Source: Paramoeba atlantica (lineage: Eukaryota; Protista; Discosea). From it: a stretch of DNA of 64,000 bases. The notes below the pieces were generated by a model. That model ran no database searches and was not told the DNA's origin. It saw only the letters and a list, made by a program, of their open reading frames with translations. Below, piece after piece: positions 21,641-34,285 of the stretch (position 1 is the stretch's first letter; the number at the start of each line of letters is the position of its first letter). Where the stretch lies: the NCBI GenBank assembly GCA_977017575.1, contig CDRNVI010000014.1, forward strand, positions 310,001-374,000, in the 5' to 3' direction. A program made the translations under genes and the position numbers.

Positions 21641-24600
21641 TTGCAACACCAGGCCTTCCTCAAGGACCCGGCGTTGCGCGGAAACAGTCTTTGCATTTCA
21701 TCCAGAGCCGGGCACGACCCGTCAGTAGTCAGTAGTCATAGTATGCTTTGGAACTACTACCCCGACATAAAGTCCGCTTGTCTTAGTCACCTCGTGAGAC
21801 AACGCATCGCTTCACAACAAGGTGCTGAAGCTGCACTTAGTAAGGCCCTCAACGGCAAGGGAACACCACATGATTTGGTAATAGAGGCAGCTACACTCGA
21901 GGAACTAATACATCACCATGCCTGCGACTACATTGAAATTAGCAGAAACTCGCACCCATCGGAAAAGTACTACCACGCCAGCTGGACTTCCCTATTCAAT
22001 GACCCCCACCTTAGCATCAGCGACTCGTACTCCAGCCCGAACGCCCTAGGCAAAGCAGTCCTGAAGTCCGTGAGCGGGGCTAAAGTACCGGGGCTTGAAA
22101 AGTTTACCATCAAAATTACCCGAAACACAAACTCCAACACCGAAATTACACCATACCAACCGGCACAAAGAGTAGAGGGCACACCTTTCCAAATTGCGAA
22201 GCCACGTTCTACGAAACCCAACGAACCACAGACCGTGGAACCTCTCAAAGGACCCTGCAGACACAAATGCTCTAGCAAGCTAACGTGCCTGCACAAGTGT
22301 TGCAAAATATTTGGACCTACCCACAATCAAGAACCTGCAAGCACCTCTACCCTTGACACAACGAATTTGAACTCGACCACCGGCAGAACGCTAAAATGGG
22401 ACTTGAGAAGCTCGACTCGCGAACTTGGTCACTCCCCGAAGGCCACAGACATGCCCACTAGAAGTCGGCGAAACCCGCAGTCAAGAGCAGAGAAAGCGGC
22501 AACATCACAGTACAAAGGCCCAGTGAACGACCTGCCCACCTCGAATCCAGTGCCTGACATGAATGATGACGATACAACCTTTCTGGAAAAGGTCGGAGTG
22601 CTGGCAGGATGGGCAACTAGTAGGGTCTCTGAACTCTGTGATGCTTTCGCAACTGGTAGAAAAGCAGGGGCCCCTGTCAACGAGGCAGTACAGAAAAGCG
22701 AGAGATCGATGCAGTCAGGATACGACCCCACACAGGACCCCGAGCGTGACTGGCAGTACCGCAGCACTATGAAGCACTACGAAGCAAAGCACATATCTAG
22801 GAAGAATGACGTCAAAGAAGCCCCCAAAAGCGCGAGTTTACAGCCAGATCAAAGCACGAATCACGCAGCGCGACCCAGTACGACTTGTGTTACATTTGGG
22901 TACCCAGGCGCGGGGGGAAAAGGACCCTGCAAGCACACATGCCGAGAAAAGCTCTCATGCGCCCACCGATGCTGCAAGACATACGGGCCTCTCTCTTAAC
23001 TGCAATCTTCCACGCATGCAAGAAATACCACGAATATCTCCGGAGAAGCAACGAATCATTGCCCGGCACCGAACCGCGACGATCCCTTACACAAGAAAAG
23101 GCATGAACTACTTCAACAACACAACGACATTCAAGGTGGGAAACTCTGCGTCAAACTAAACGATGATCAATGGCGTTCAGTAGAAAAGCGAGCCCTAGGG
23201 AGATGCAAGGAGCTCCTACACAAAGACGCCACAAACGCGTTCCTAGCAAAGGAGAACGGTGCTATACTCGCCGCGTCTATCGCTGTATCAACCTTTGAGG
23301 TGAGTCAAGAGGTGAATCCCACCAAAGGGTTCGTTCTTCGCACAAAACAAGGACATTCCAAATTTAAATATAGACCTTTAGCCATAGAAAAAGTGAACCG
23401 AGAACTATCCAAGCATATACAACGACTGAAACGATCCCTTAGATTCACCCATGGCACGGAAGCCCGAAATACCTTACGCCGCCAAATCAAAGAAAACAAG
23501 AAGCTAGAAAGAATCTACGCAGACAAGGCCGACGTGCAACGCCGAGCGTTAGAAGGTAGATGGGCGCATGAACGTTTCTCAAGAAACCCATGGACTGCGG
23601 CTGCTGAAGCCATGGACAGACCCAGTGAGGATGAAGTCACAAACACGCAATACCCAAGCTGTACAATGCTCGAAATAGAGGAACATTTCAGTCAAACCCT
23701 AACGAAAGAGCGCGACACTCTCCGGCTCCCTAACTTCGATATACTAGGCCCTAGAGCCACCAACGAAATGACGTGGATACCAGTAACAGCCGAAACAATC
23801 GCCAATGCCATCTCAAGCAAACGGGGCTCTAGTTCACCAGGGCAAGATACAATCACAAACGCAGCGCTAAAACGATGCCCAGCACTATACAGCTCCCTGG
23901 CCAAAATGTTTAATGACTTAATAAAATTCGGGACATGCCCCACGTCGTGGTCTCTAGCGATCACGCGTCTTATCCACAAAGGTGGAGACCCTAAAATACC
24001 TAGGAACTGGCGGCCCATAGCACTCACAAGCTGTCTGGGAAAACTTCTTCACAGCATCATAGGACACCAACTCCTGGACCATGCTGTAAGCTCAGGAGTC
24101 ATTGATACGACTATCCAAAAGGGGTTTCTACCACGGATGAATGGAACTCTGGAACACACCCAAACACTGTGTAACCTGCTGCAACATCATCAGCGCAAGA
24201 AGAATCAGTACTGTCTGGCCCAGATCGACCTCAGAAACGCATTCGGTTCGCTTTCCCACGACATCATATTCGAAGCTCTCTCCTGGGCGCGCGTGTCACC
24301 CGAAATCATTGAATACATCAAAGGCATGTATCTCTCAGCCACTACGAGATTCAAATGCGGCCAAGGACTAACCAAGGAAATCGCAGTGCAACGTGGCGTA
24401 CTACAAGGTGATACTCTATCCCCAGTGCTCTTCAATATTGCGATGGAGATCGTCCTCCGCTACATGCGTCGCACATGCCCGTACTATGGCATATCCTACC
24501 CCGATACACCAAAGCACTTCCTAAAGGCTTATGTTGATGACCTTACGATAATTACGTCAAGTGATTTCGACATGAACAATGCAATACAATCACTCTCTAT

Positions 24601-26065
24601 CGTCCTTAGACGCATTGGATTGTCTATCAACGTCGAAAAAAGTAGGGTACAATGTATGGCCATGCGAGCGGGAACGGAACATCCAGGATATATGACGAGG
24701 CGGCCAAAGATTGAATGTGACGGAGATCCGATTCCCCACATTTGCGACAGAGGTAGTGCCTTCCTGGGAATGACACTGGCCCCTGGAGCACAACAAGCCA
24801 GAGAGCTATATAAAAAGTTGAACGCGAAACTTAAGACTTGGTTACAAAATGTGCACCGAAGCGCACATACGCTACCTGAAAAACTATGGATCTATCAAAA
24901 TGTTATGCTCGCTCGCCTACGATATGCTTTCACGGTCCATCCTTGCATAACGTTCAACTTTATACTTCGACTCCAGAAGACGGCAACCTCCTACATTAGG
25001 AAATGGATCAACATGGCCTCTAAAGGTAGCACAGAAGTCCTGTACTCAGATCGCGGTTGGGGCCTAACAGCACTCTCTAAGCTTTGGTTCGAATGCACTG
25101 CCACCGCGATGACTCAAATGAATAAATCCAGAGACATCAATGTCCAAGCAGCGCTACGTTCCCGCATTGAAGAGGAGCAAAACAGGCGAGCTAGAGGGCA
25201 ACTACGACCAGCATGCGAAATCCTACAACACCTAAACGACGCAAAACGCGCCAAAAAAATCATGCGGGAATATTACGAAGCGAAAATTGTACAAGACCTT
25301 CAGAAACGAGCACCGGTCGCAGCCAAATGGTGGACAACACCTTCCGAAACTGAACTTGCGAAGGAGTTTTCCGCCGTACTGAACAACCTGAACAGCACGA
25401 AGCTAACACGTTTTGCGACCTCGGTTCTACTTACCACTCCTTTACCCTCAAAGTCAAACCTTCGGACATGGGGCCTTCACTTCTCAAATGCTACATGTGT
25501 GGTATGCGGAAAAGAAGCACAGACGGTACGACACGTTATTTCAGGTTGCAAAACATCTCTTGATCAGGGGCGTTATACCCTCAGACACGACACAGTGCTA
25601 GCTGAACTGGCCAAACGCATCCAAGAATCCCCGCATACAAAATACCAGCATTTTGACCTACTAGGTCACCGAAATCCACCACACTGGCTGCACAACAATA
25701 CAAATCATCAACGCCCAGGCGGATTCGTTGCACTGACTGACGGTACAGAATTCATCGTTGAGCTCACTGTCCCCTGGGAAGAAAACTGTATGCAGGCAAA
25801 TGAATATAAACGCCTCAAGTACAACGCCCTATTACACGAACGACGAACAGTGCACCCGAACACGTACCTCCTCGTATTCGAAATTGGAGCACGAGGTGGT
25901 CTGGTAGCCTCCTCAGCGGATATTAATCGGTTGTTTGGAGGGGACGAAGATTTGGGGGCTAAATGTCGGGCGTCACTCTCCCGAGCTGCTATCCGTTCCA
26001 GCTCCTTATTATGGCATAAGCGTGATTCCCCGCAATGGAGCGATGCAGAGACACTGTCCGCATAA
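21641..26065 (+). pseudogene. Single long retrotransposon ORF split by one in-frame TAA (22997-22999)
   Basis: ORFs 21641-22999 and 23300-26065 are in the same frame and 23000-23299 has no further stop. The endonuclease PD motif reads PG (25715-25720). Confidence 0.85.
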
Positions 26066-26150
26066 GGGATGCACCTAACAGCGTCATATGCGCAAGTTAG
26101 TTACATCCTTAAAATACTCTATCTTAAAAGATATGATATCATCATCATCA

Positions 26151-26690
26151 GTTCATGCCAGGGACATCGAGATATGGATTTGATCTTGGACGTGCTCTTT
26201 CGAGACACCTCTCCTTGGTTTCCATTGCCGTCCTGATTGGATGAACTGTTGAGTTCATGCCAGGGACATCGAGATATGGATTTGATCTTGGACGTGCTCT
26301 TTCGAGACACCTCTCCTTGGTTTCCATTGCCGTCCTGATTGGATGAACTGTTGAGTTCATGCCAGGGACATCGAGATATGTATTTAATCTTGGATGTGCT
26401 CTTTCGAGACACCTCTCCTTGGTTTCATTGCCGTCCTGATTGGATGAACTGTTGAGTTCATGCCAGGGACATCGAGATATGGATTTGATCTTGGACGTGC
26501 TCTTTCGAGACACCTCTCCTTGGTTTCCATTGCCGTCCTGATTGGATGAACTGTTGAGTTCATGCCAGGGACATCGAGATATGGATTTGATCTTGGATGT
26601 GCTCTTTCGAGACACCTCTCCTTGGTTTCCATTGCCGTCCTGATTGGATGAACTGTTGAGTTCATGCCATGAATACCGCGATTCATTTGC
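26151..26690. repeat. Second copy of the 101-102 bp array (5 units) with the same 31-bp cap
   Basis: Units at 26151, 26253, 26355, 26456 and 26558; cap at 26660-26690. Confidence 0.97.
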
Positions 26691-26894
26691 TGTGATTGTA
26701 GACATCTTTTCACGCATCGCATTGGGATTCTGCTTTTTAAAGCGATGGAATAGAAGGTGGGGGAGGGGTTAAATGATGGTATTTGACGGACTCATTGTCC
26801 AGGAACGATCCGCGTTGACGAGTGGGCGCTTTCGCATAGAAATGATTTGTGCACATACAGGGGAGTGCACGAAAATATGGGGGGGTCAAATTTC

Positions 26895-27575
26895 TTATAA
26901 CTCGCCCAATTTTGGAAAATAATAGCGCATTCGAGAGCCATCACAGAGTCTCGAATGCTCTTGAACCATAGACCAAACGTTTTCTATGGGGGAAAGCTCT
27001 GGTGAATTGGGGGGCCAATTTTTCAATACATCTTTCATTCTACTTGTAATGTAGTACTTAGAGGCATGGGCGGTGTGTGCCTTTGCCCCATCTTGTTGAA
27101 ACATACAATTCATGGGGAAAGGTACCTTTTTGAGCGTCTCTATGTAGGACATACTCGTGACAGACGAGTCAGAATCCAGAATAACCAAGTGTCTCCACCC
27201 TACTCCTACGGCACCCCAAACTTGACATCTTGGCGCCCAGCGTACTTTTTGACGCGGGGCCGCTTTTTGACCGGGTGCTACCCACACATTCGCGGGACAG
27301 CTTCCTTTTTGACACACCCTGATCGTCCCTCATCCTTAACAAAAGCTTTCCGCTATTCGTAAGCCCCCCTTTCGGTAGCCGGGAAGGAGATTTCGGCATT
27401 TTCCCGAAAAAATGAAGTTTTTCAAAAAAATCAGTTTTTTTAAAGATTTTTAAACGAGCTGAAAATAGCGGGAACGTGCAGATCTCAAAATTTTGAACGA
27501 TAATGTGGTGCCGTAACCCCCCTACGCCCCCCTGTGCGAAAAATAAGGGTAGGTCACTTATTCGTTGGGGGGGGT
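26895..27575 (-). mobile_element. Tc1/IS630-type transposase relic
   Basis: VWGAVG...FQQDGAKAHTA...WPPNSPELSPIENVW; the terminus matches the TIR of the 29115 element. Confidence 0.9.
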
Positions 27576-27814
27576 TATATTCTACGCGTGTTCCACGGCG
27601 TAATCTTGTCTCAGCGCGGCACGGCTCACCGCTTCATATTACCACTCCTAGGGCAGGTACCTATCAGTATAGGGATACGAAGTTAGGCCCGGTGCCACCG
27701 TAAAGCCGGAGAAGGTAAACGAAAAGAATGCCACTAATTATCGTTAGTCGTACTCCTAAGTTTCCTTCCAACCCAAACCACAAAAGTGATTCAGGTAATT
27801 AACGTCCACGTATA

Positions 27815-28572
27815 CAGTGGTGTTCAGCGTCTTTTACCCCCCCCTACAGGTCTTGTATTTTGTCCGATTTTGTAAATATTTGGTATACCACCGTTTTTCG
27901 ACCTAATCGTTCCGAATCCGAGGTCCTTTTCATTCGAGCGACCCCCTACCCCCCCTAGCCAGGTAGGGGTAAAAAAAGCTAATTACATTTTTTTGGGTTT
28001 ATTTTTTTGAATGTTTCGGATGAGGAACAGTAGTAAAGTAGGTCAGAAGACGTGGAAAAGGTGTGCAAAGTAATCTCTAGTATTTAGTCATATGCACTTT
28101 AGCCTCCTTGACCAAAAGAAAACGTTTACTATAGTCCCGGAAGGCTTTCTTAAACGTTTCCGGTTGATCTTCGGAAAAAAAGCGAAAAGTTTCAATGATG
28201 GACCCGGTGCTAAGTTTATGAAATTTTTCGAGTGTCTTATAAGACTTAAGTCGCTCTCAATCGATCGCGAGTGCCGTGCGCATCTCGGGGCACACGAGGC
28301 TCCTGCCTCGTGGAAGGTAAGCACAGGGGGCGGTGCTTCTTCGTCATGAATCACCAACAAGTGTACCAATTTTGAAAAAAATGTACTCTGTGAAAAAAAA
28401 TCGGCTTTTTTGCAGTTTTTTCCGGCTTAGGTATGATACAGGTGTCCACGAGTGAAAAGGACCTCGGATTCGGAACGATTGGGTCGAAAAACAGTCCCAT
28501 ACAAAATATTTCCAAAATCGAACAAAATGCAAGACCTGTAGGGGGGGGGGTAAAAGAGGCTGAACACTACTG
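27815..28572. mobile_element. Non-autonomous TIR element, about 130-bp TIRs, TA-flanked
   Basis: TA-CAGTGGTGTTCAGC...GCTGAACACTACTG-TA. Confidence 0.85.
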
Positions 28573-28788
28573 TACATCCCTAATTGCAACTCATAAAATG
28601 TCTTTTATGCCCCAAGGTCATAAATTATACATCAACAACTCCGAATCTGCCCATTCTGCTTTGAAAGGCTATTGTAGTCGACATTTTTACACATGGGGAA
28701 GGAGCCTGAGTGATTGCGAAGCACGTGCGCGCTTGATTTCATGTATTTTCTTTAAAACAGAGGCGCATAACCGCTTTCGAAAACTGTA

Positions 28789-29115
28789 ATGGCTAGACAC
28801 TCGTCCGACAACAACGCTGTATATGATACAGATGCTGATTTTGACACTGATGAATTTGGTGCAAGAGACACACATTCAGACGCTAGTGATCATTCAGAGG
28901 CTAGCGATGACTCAGAAATGCCGACAACTCGATTAGGCCGGGCTCTGGTCGAACACATTCGACTTAAACGCAGGTACGGTAGGAATGAAATGGGGGACTA
29001 CAAGTATATGGTACGAAGCGCTACTGACCATCATTACACAATCTACATAGGTCTTAGTGGTGCTCGATGCACCTGCCCAGATGGACGCCGAGGCAACCGA
29101 TGCAAGCACATATAA
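28789..29115 (+). pseudogene. Small acidic SWIM zinc-finger ORF interrupted by a Tc1 insertion
   Basis: YMVRS..YTIYI..CTCPD....CKHI. Removing the element restores CKHIYFVETLNERIRSR* (continuing from 30421). Confidence 0.7.
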
Positions 29116-30418
29116 ACCCCCCGTCACGAATAAGTGACCATAGGCTAAAATCTGTGTTGAGGGGGGTATGGGGGTATACATACCATATTTTCGTGTAGAA
29201 TTTCGCGTTCTGCAGTTTCCCGCTATTGTTTTCTGTCCTAGAGAAACTAAATTTTTTAAAAAATTGAAAATATCGATTTTTTGAAAAACACTTTTTCGTT
29301 TATGAGAAGGAGAAAACTCTCCCTACCTAAAGGGTGTTTGACGCAAGCAGGGAAGCTTATACTTCGTTTGCGTCACGAAGACGGTGTTTCTAAGCGAAAA
29401 CTAGCAAAAGAATTTAATGTTAGTCGCCGAATTGTGAGACCTTACTTGGCAGAACCAATTGTGACTTATGAGGCTTCCACCCCGAAATCTGAAAGTCCGG
29501 AGGTGAAAAAATGAAGATGTGAAATTGAGAATGCCTTGCAGGATACAGATGCATGGGGGGTACCAAAGAACAATAGTTCCAGACGTATTGTAGCTGTACT
29601 TGCTAGGAAAGGAATAAAAATAGGGAGAAGAACTGTACAAAGGAATCTTAAAGAATTGGCATGGAACTACCAAGTGCGTCCTCTTTCTCAGGGCTTATCT
29701 GAAAAACAAATGATTAAAAGGGTAAAATTTTGTAAAAAATGGCTAAGAGAAGCGCCACTCTGGAGAAGTAATATTTAGTGATGAAAAGATATTTGACACC
29801 AATGACTCAAGGCGAAATCAGTGGGTACGCCCAAATGGAAAGCCATCCACAAGACAAAAAGTACGCTGGGCACCAAAGTGTCACGTTGGGGTGCGATTGG
29901 GGTCAAACCAAAGTGTCACGTGGGGTGCGATTGGGGTCGGGTGGAAATGCTAGCGCATCCTTCCTGTTTCGAATATAAATAGTAAAACCTACGTAGAAAC
30001 GCTCGAAAGTGTAACACTACCTTCTAAACGTATTTTTCAACAAGATGGGGCCACTGCTCACACAGCGAAGGCCACTAAGCAGTATCTTTTGAATTCAGGA
30101 ATAAGAATAATAGCAATTGCCTTCTAATACCGAATCACTTATCCATTGCGTAAAGAATGCATGGAGCAAGATTCCTACTGAGGTTATGTATCATATGGTT
30201 CTTAGCTTCAATAAGCGACTGAAAGCTTGTATTGAGAAAAATGGCGAAAAAGTGAAAAAATGGTAGGCGACCCCCCCTAGGTGTAGGTGTTCAGAATTTG
30301 TACCAAGTGTGTGACCCCAAGATATTAGGGCCTGAGATCTGCAAAATGCAACAAGAATTAGCTAAAACGGCCTCATATACCAAAAGTTAGCCTATGTTCA
30401 CTTATCGTGACGGGGGTT
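29115..30418 (+). mobile_element. Tc1-like transposon with both TIRs and a frameshifted transposase
   Basis: TA-AACCCCCCGTCACGAATAAGTG...CACTTATCGTGACGGGGGTT-TA; HTH, FSDEKIF and FQQDGATAHTA remnants. Confidence 0.9.
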
Positions 30419-31139
30419 TATTTTGTGGAAACTTTGAATGAAAGAATTCGGAGTAGATGAAAATCATCCCATTCTTTTGAAATCAGAATTTTCTCCAAGT
30501 GACATAGCTACGTTGCTCTAGGAAATTCAACAACAGTACATTAATTACCTTAAATAGTTCGTACAGCACCTTAAATAGTTCGTACAGCACCTTAAAACAG
30601 CACAATATCGATGTACATACCCGAAAGAAAGCCGGAGAAAAAAAGAAAAAAAAGGAATTTTTGGGGTACATTCTGAGTTCCGTCCGACCAACGTTTTTTT
30701 ATCCTAAAATGCCTCGTGCATAATAGCACGGGGGACGACATACATACTATGTATACTCCACGTGAGGGCTATGTGAGAGCTCTCGAATGCGCTATTATTT
30801 TCCCAAATTGGCCAAGTTTTACAAATTATAGACCCCCAGCATTAGCTGCTCCCCCATGTATGCAATTGCATACAGTATATTGATAATGCATATAGCACAT
30901 TGATAATGCAGAATTTGGAGAAGAGTGCCTTCGAAAAAAATAAAAGATTCGTTGACCCATCTGCAACAGAAATCGGCGAATGCTACGCATAATGTTTTGT
31001 AAAGGAGTCCAATGAATTCACCTTTGCTCCCGGTAAGGCCACGGAGTTGAGTGAAGGCCTCCATACCGCACAACTACCACCTTCCCCCTCTATTTAGCGG
31101 GGGTCGCGCGAACCCGGGCCTTGTTTTTGTGTTACAAAG

Positions 31140-31265
31140 GTGGTATGCATCATCAAAGTGCTATATGCATTATCAATGTGCCATATGCATTATCAATGTG
31201 CTACATGCACTATCAATGTGCTATATGCATTATCAATGTGCCGCTTAGTATGCATTATCAATGTG
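31140..31265. repeat. 18-20 bp minisatellite TATGCATTATCAATGTGC
   Basis: About 6 units; reverse-complement arrays at 43705-43900 and 54620-54695, single unit near 30890. Confidence 0.9.
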
Positions 31266-31969
31266 CGGGCGCCGCCACCTTCCCAAGTAGCGTTAAGCGC
31301 GTCCCTTTCTCCGCTTGACGAGGAGAATGCTCTTCAGAGAAAGAGAAAAAGCAACTGCGGGAACGACCCACTCTCTTGTGGAAGCCTCCGTCGACAACAG
31401 CAATTAATGTAGCGATTAATAAGTACGAGCGATGCGAATCTCGGCATTGAGTCCTCGGGAAAATTGTGCCTCGAGTGGGCTCGGAAAAACGTCAACAGGC
31501 ATCCGGAATGATGGGCATTGCATTACCTATGACTTCCTCCGCTTGTGACGGCGTGTGACGCTATCCTTTCGGTGCTTTCTTAGAAATATAGTGCCCGTCA
31601 AGCTCGCATTGAAACGGATGTTGTAGCGACACAAATGTTTCTTCGTCGAAACGAGAACTTGCTACCGTATCGTACAAGTCATGCAAAACAAAGTGGCGAA
31701 GCGTGGATCTGACACGGAACACTCCATATGTCGGTGTGCTAGCTGCTTCGTTAAAAAGCGGGGGTTGTTGTTAAACGGGGCTTCGCAAATTGCTTCCCAC
31801 TAACGACGTTCGTGCTTCATGTAGTTTGTGCAAAAACTACGAGTAGCGGGTTCGAACCCCCTTACAACGCGCACGTTAATGGGTGGGATAGGCAAATGGA
31901 CGAATCCCTTCGGATATCGTGGACCCAAGCTTATTAGCTAATCCCTGTGTAGTCGGACGAAAAGTACTT

Positions 31970-32040
31970 CAGTGGGAATCGAACCCAGCCCTCTCAGATG
32001 TAGAGTCACTGGACCTGACGAGATGGCTAATCAGACCCTC
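31970..32040 (-). pseudogene. Degenerate tRNA-like sequence
   Basis: GGTCTGATTAGCC...GGGTTCGATTCCCA with a B box; acceptor and anticodon stems are imperfect. A second B-box-like GGTTCGAACCC lies near 31850. Confidence 0.35.
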
Positions 32041-32789
32041 TGGCAAAAGTGAAAATCAACAGTATCCCTTTCATCGGCCATACCCCCCCTTTTTCGGGAT
32101 TTTATCACCCGCCTCGATTCACCCCCACCCGGCCACCATAAAGACGAAGAGGCAGAGGTTGTAAACAACCCCCGTAATAATATCAACAAGTCGTGCACCC
32201 CAAGGTGGGGGGGAGTGGAAAATACTCTACCACTTCCCTGCGCTCGATTTTGAAATGCAAAAAAATCAAAAAAAATCGACGTATGCCTCTCCCCCCTGGA
32301 CCCCACATTTCTTTTATTTTATTTTCAATTTTGGGCTACCGGAGCCCCCTTATATATTTTTTCTTTTATTGAGGGAGATACGGTATCTAACTCGCTTACT
32401 AAGGTAATTCCGCGATCCCAAAATGGGCATAAAACGAGCACAAAAACGATTTTTTCAAAATTTTAAAAACAGAGGTATGGCTCATCAATCAATCTATATA
32501 ATACTCCAAAAATGAAAAAAATCGAGTACGGTTAGCAGTTTTTAGAACTCTTTTACCAAAAACGCGACTCGGAATGCGGCTCAGAGACGGACATTTCAAA
32601 TCCAAAAAAACGCTAAGATGCTTGATTATGTTCTCAAAATTGACAGACTACAGCTGTTTCAAAGCTTGGGGAATATTTTTGAGCTCCTGAACTAACTTCC
32701 AGAACTATCCTTTTTTTTGAAACGCATTTCACTCGCCGAAGAGATAACAAATGAACGAAAAAAAAGGTATGATTTTCTCGGCATTGAAA

Positions 32790-33786
32790 ACGTGGCCAGC
32801 TGACCACCCCCTAGCACAATGGTGAGCTGGCCACCACCTGGAAAAAAGGCCAGTTGACTACCAAAAAATGCAGTTTGCATTTCGTATAAGTAAGATGAAT
32901 GGCGACGCCCAAAAATAGTCGCAATCTCGCCAACTCCTGCATGAAAGGACATGCTGACCACTTTTTCAGAGGGTGGCCAGGTGGCCACTTTTCCGGGGGG
33001 TGGTCCAATCCAAAAAAATCCGAATCATTCCGGATTGCTCCGGACGGTCGCTGGCAAGCCAGACCCTTCACACACAGATTTGGAAATTCCGAGGCCGACG
33101 TCCTCTACCAGTTTCCGCTTGACCAAGACGGCACCAACGTGCTGTTACCAACACGTTGCGTCCACGAATTGTACGTCAACACGGCTCACCCAAGAGGTGT
33201 AAGCCGGGTAAGGGAGCCGGTCCCCTGAGGGGAGGGTCCGGGACGGTCCTCCGAGTACTCGGCCTAGTCGGTTATCAGCCCAGCCTTTTAGAGTGAGGCC
33301 GCCGGGAATATTGCGATGAGCGGGTTTGAACTCGCCGTCTGAGCACCATGTTCTTCAAACTTTGAGTTCTTGCCACTCCGCCACCTCCGCTTCGGGGGGT
33401 GGCCAGCTGGCCACTTTTTCGGGGGGTGGTCAACTGGCCATTTTTCCTTAGGGTAGCCAGCTGGCCACTTTTTCATAGGGTGGCCAGGTGGTCACTGTTT
33501 CAGAGGGTAGCCAGGTGGACACATTTTCAGGGGTTGGCCAGGAGGCCACTTTTTCAGAGGGTGGCAAGGTCGCCACTTTTTCTTAGGGTGGCCAAGTGAC
33601 CAGTTTGTCAGAGGGTGGCCAGGTGGACACTTTTTCAAGGGGTGGCCAGGTGGCCACCTTTTCAGGGAGTGGTCAGCTGGCCACTGTTTCGTAGGGTGGC
33701 AAGGTCGCCACTTTTTCAGAGGGTGGCCAGGCGGCCACTTTTTCAGAGGGTGGTCAGCTGGCCAATTTTTCAGGGGGTGGCCAGCT
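32790..33786. repeat. Array of ~28-bp units centred on the palindrome TGGCCAGCTGGCCA, interrupted by a SINE-like insert
   Basis: About 14 units at 33390-33786 and further degenerate units at 32790-33007. Confidence 0.9.
33008..33390 (-). mobile_element. tRNA-headed SINE-like element, copy 1
   Basis: Head GCGGAGGTGGCGGAGTGG (A box) ... GAGTTCAAACCC (B box), ~300-bp body, short repeat tail; flanked by near-duplicated TTC(C)GGGGGGTGG(T)CCA. Confidence 0.75.
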
Positions 33787-34285
33787 GACGCCAGTTTGCA
33801 CAACAACGCGAGCGTTTTCCGGAAACAGAACGCCAAAGACTTTCCACAAAGTCAGTAACTTCGCTTGAACGCCGCGGAGCAAACAAAGGGTTTTGTTCAA
33901 GGAACGACCCAAGATCTTGACCTGCCTCTTCCACAAAGTAGATCGCGCGCGATCGAACATCTTGCAAAAGATGTCCACGGCGATCAATGATGTGGAGAAG
34001 TGCACGCTCTAGGAGCTTTGGCGTGACTTCGATTCCACACACAGTACGTCCTCCGTGCAAAAAAGAATCCATAGTTCGTTGTACACGATCCAAGATTTCT
34101 TCGATCTTAGCACCGAGCTCCTCCTCAGTGATTGTAAGCGCAGGAGGTGTGAACACAGACACTCGTTTCGTATAATTTCTCTTTGTTGAAGCCAGTACAG
34201 CCTTGTAGATGGATTCTTCTGTTTCACTCACCGAGGGACTCGCGATTCTTTGCATGAGCGCTTCGTTGCTCTCTATTTGGGACAT
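33770..34285 (-). CDS. Hypothetical protein, 171 aa
   Basis: ATG-initiated ORF with protein-like composition; no recognisable motif. Confidence 0.35.
   Translation of the reverse strand: MSQIESNEALMQRIASPSVSETEESIYKAVLASTKRNYTKRVSVFTPPALTITEEELGAKIEEILDRVQRTMDSFLHGGRTVCGIEVTPKLLERALLHIIDRRGHLLQDVRSRAIYFVEEAGQDLGSFLEQNPLFAPRRSSEVTDFVESLWRSVSGKRSRCCANWRQLATP

Larger units (their letters stand above)
21542..26150 (+). mobile_element. Non-LTR retrotransposon with a restriction-like endonuclease (R2/NeSL/R4-like), (TCA)n 3' tail
   Basis: RT (GVLQGDTLSP, YVDDL), CCHC knuckle CVVCGKEAQTVRHVISGC, RHD motif, RLE region IVELTVPWE; tail GATATCATCATCATCA. Confidence 0.93.

Noticed and set aside
21176-26690. 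CRISPR or RT-associated CRISPR-like array
   Set aside because: Units are contiguous near-identical repeats with no unique spacers, and no cas genes are present.
20921-26722. Minus-strand ORFs made of 34-aa repeats called as genes
   Set aside because: 101/102-bp unit variation shifts the frame and there is no independent support; mentioned only as a possibility.
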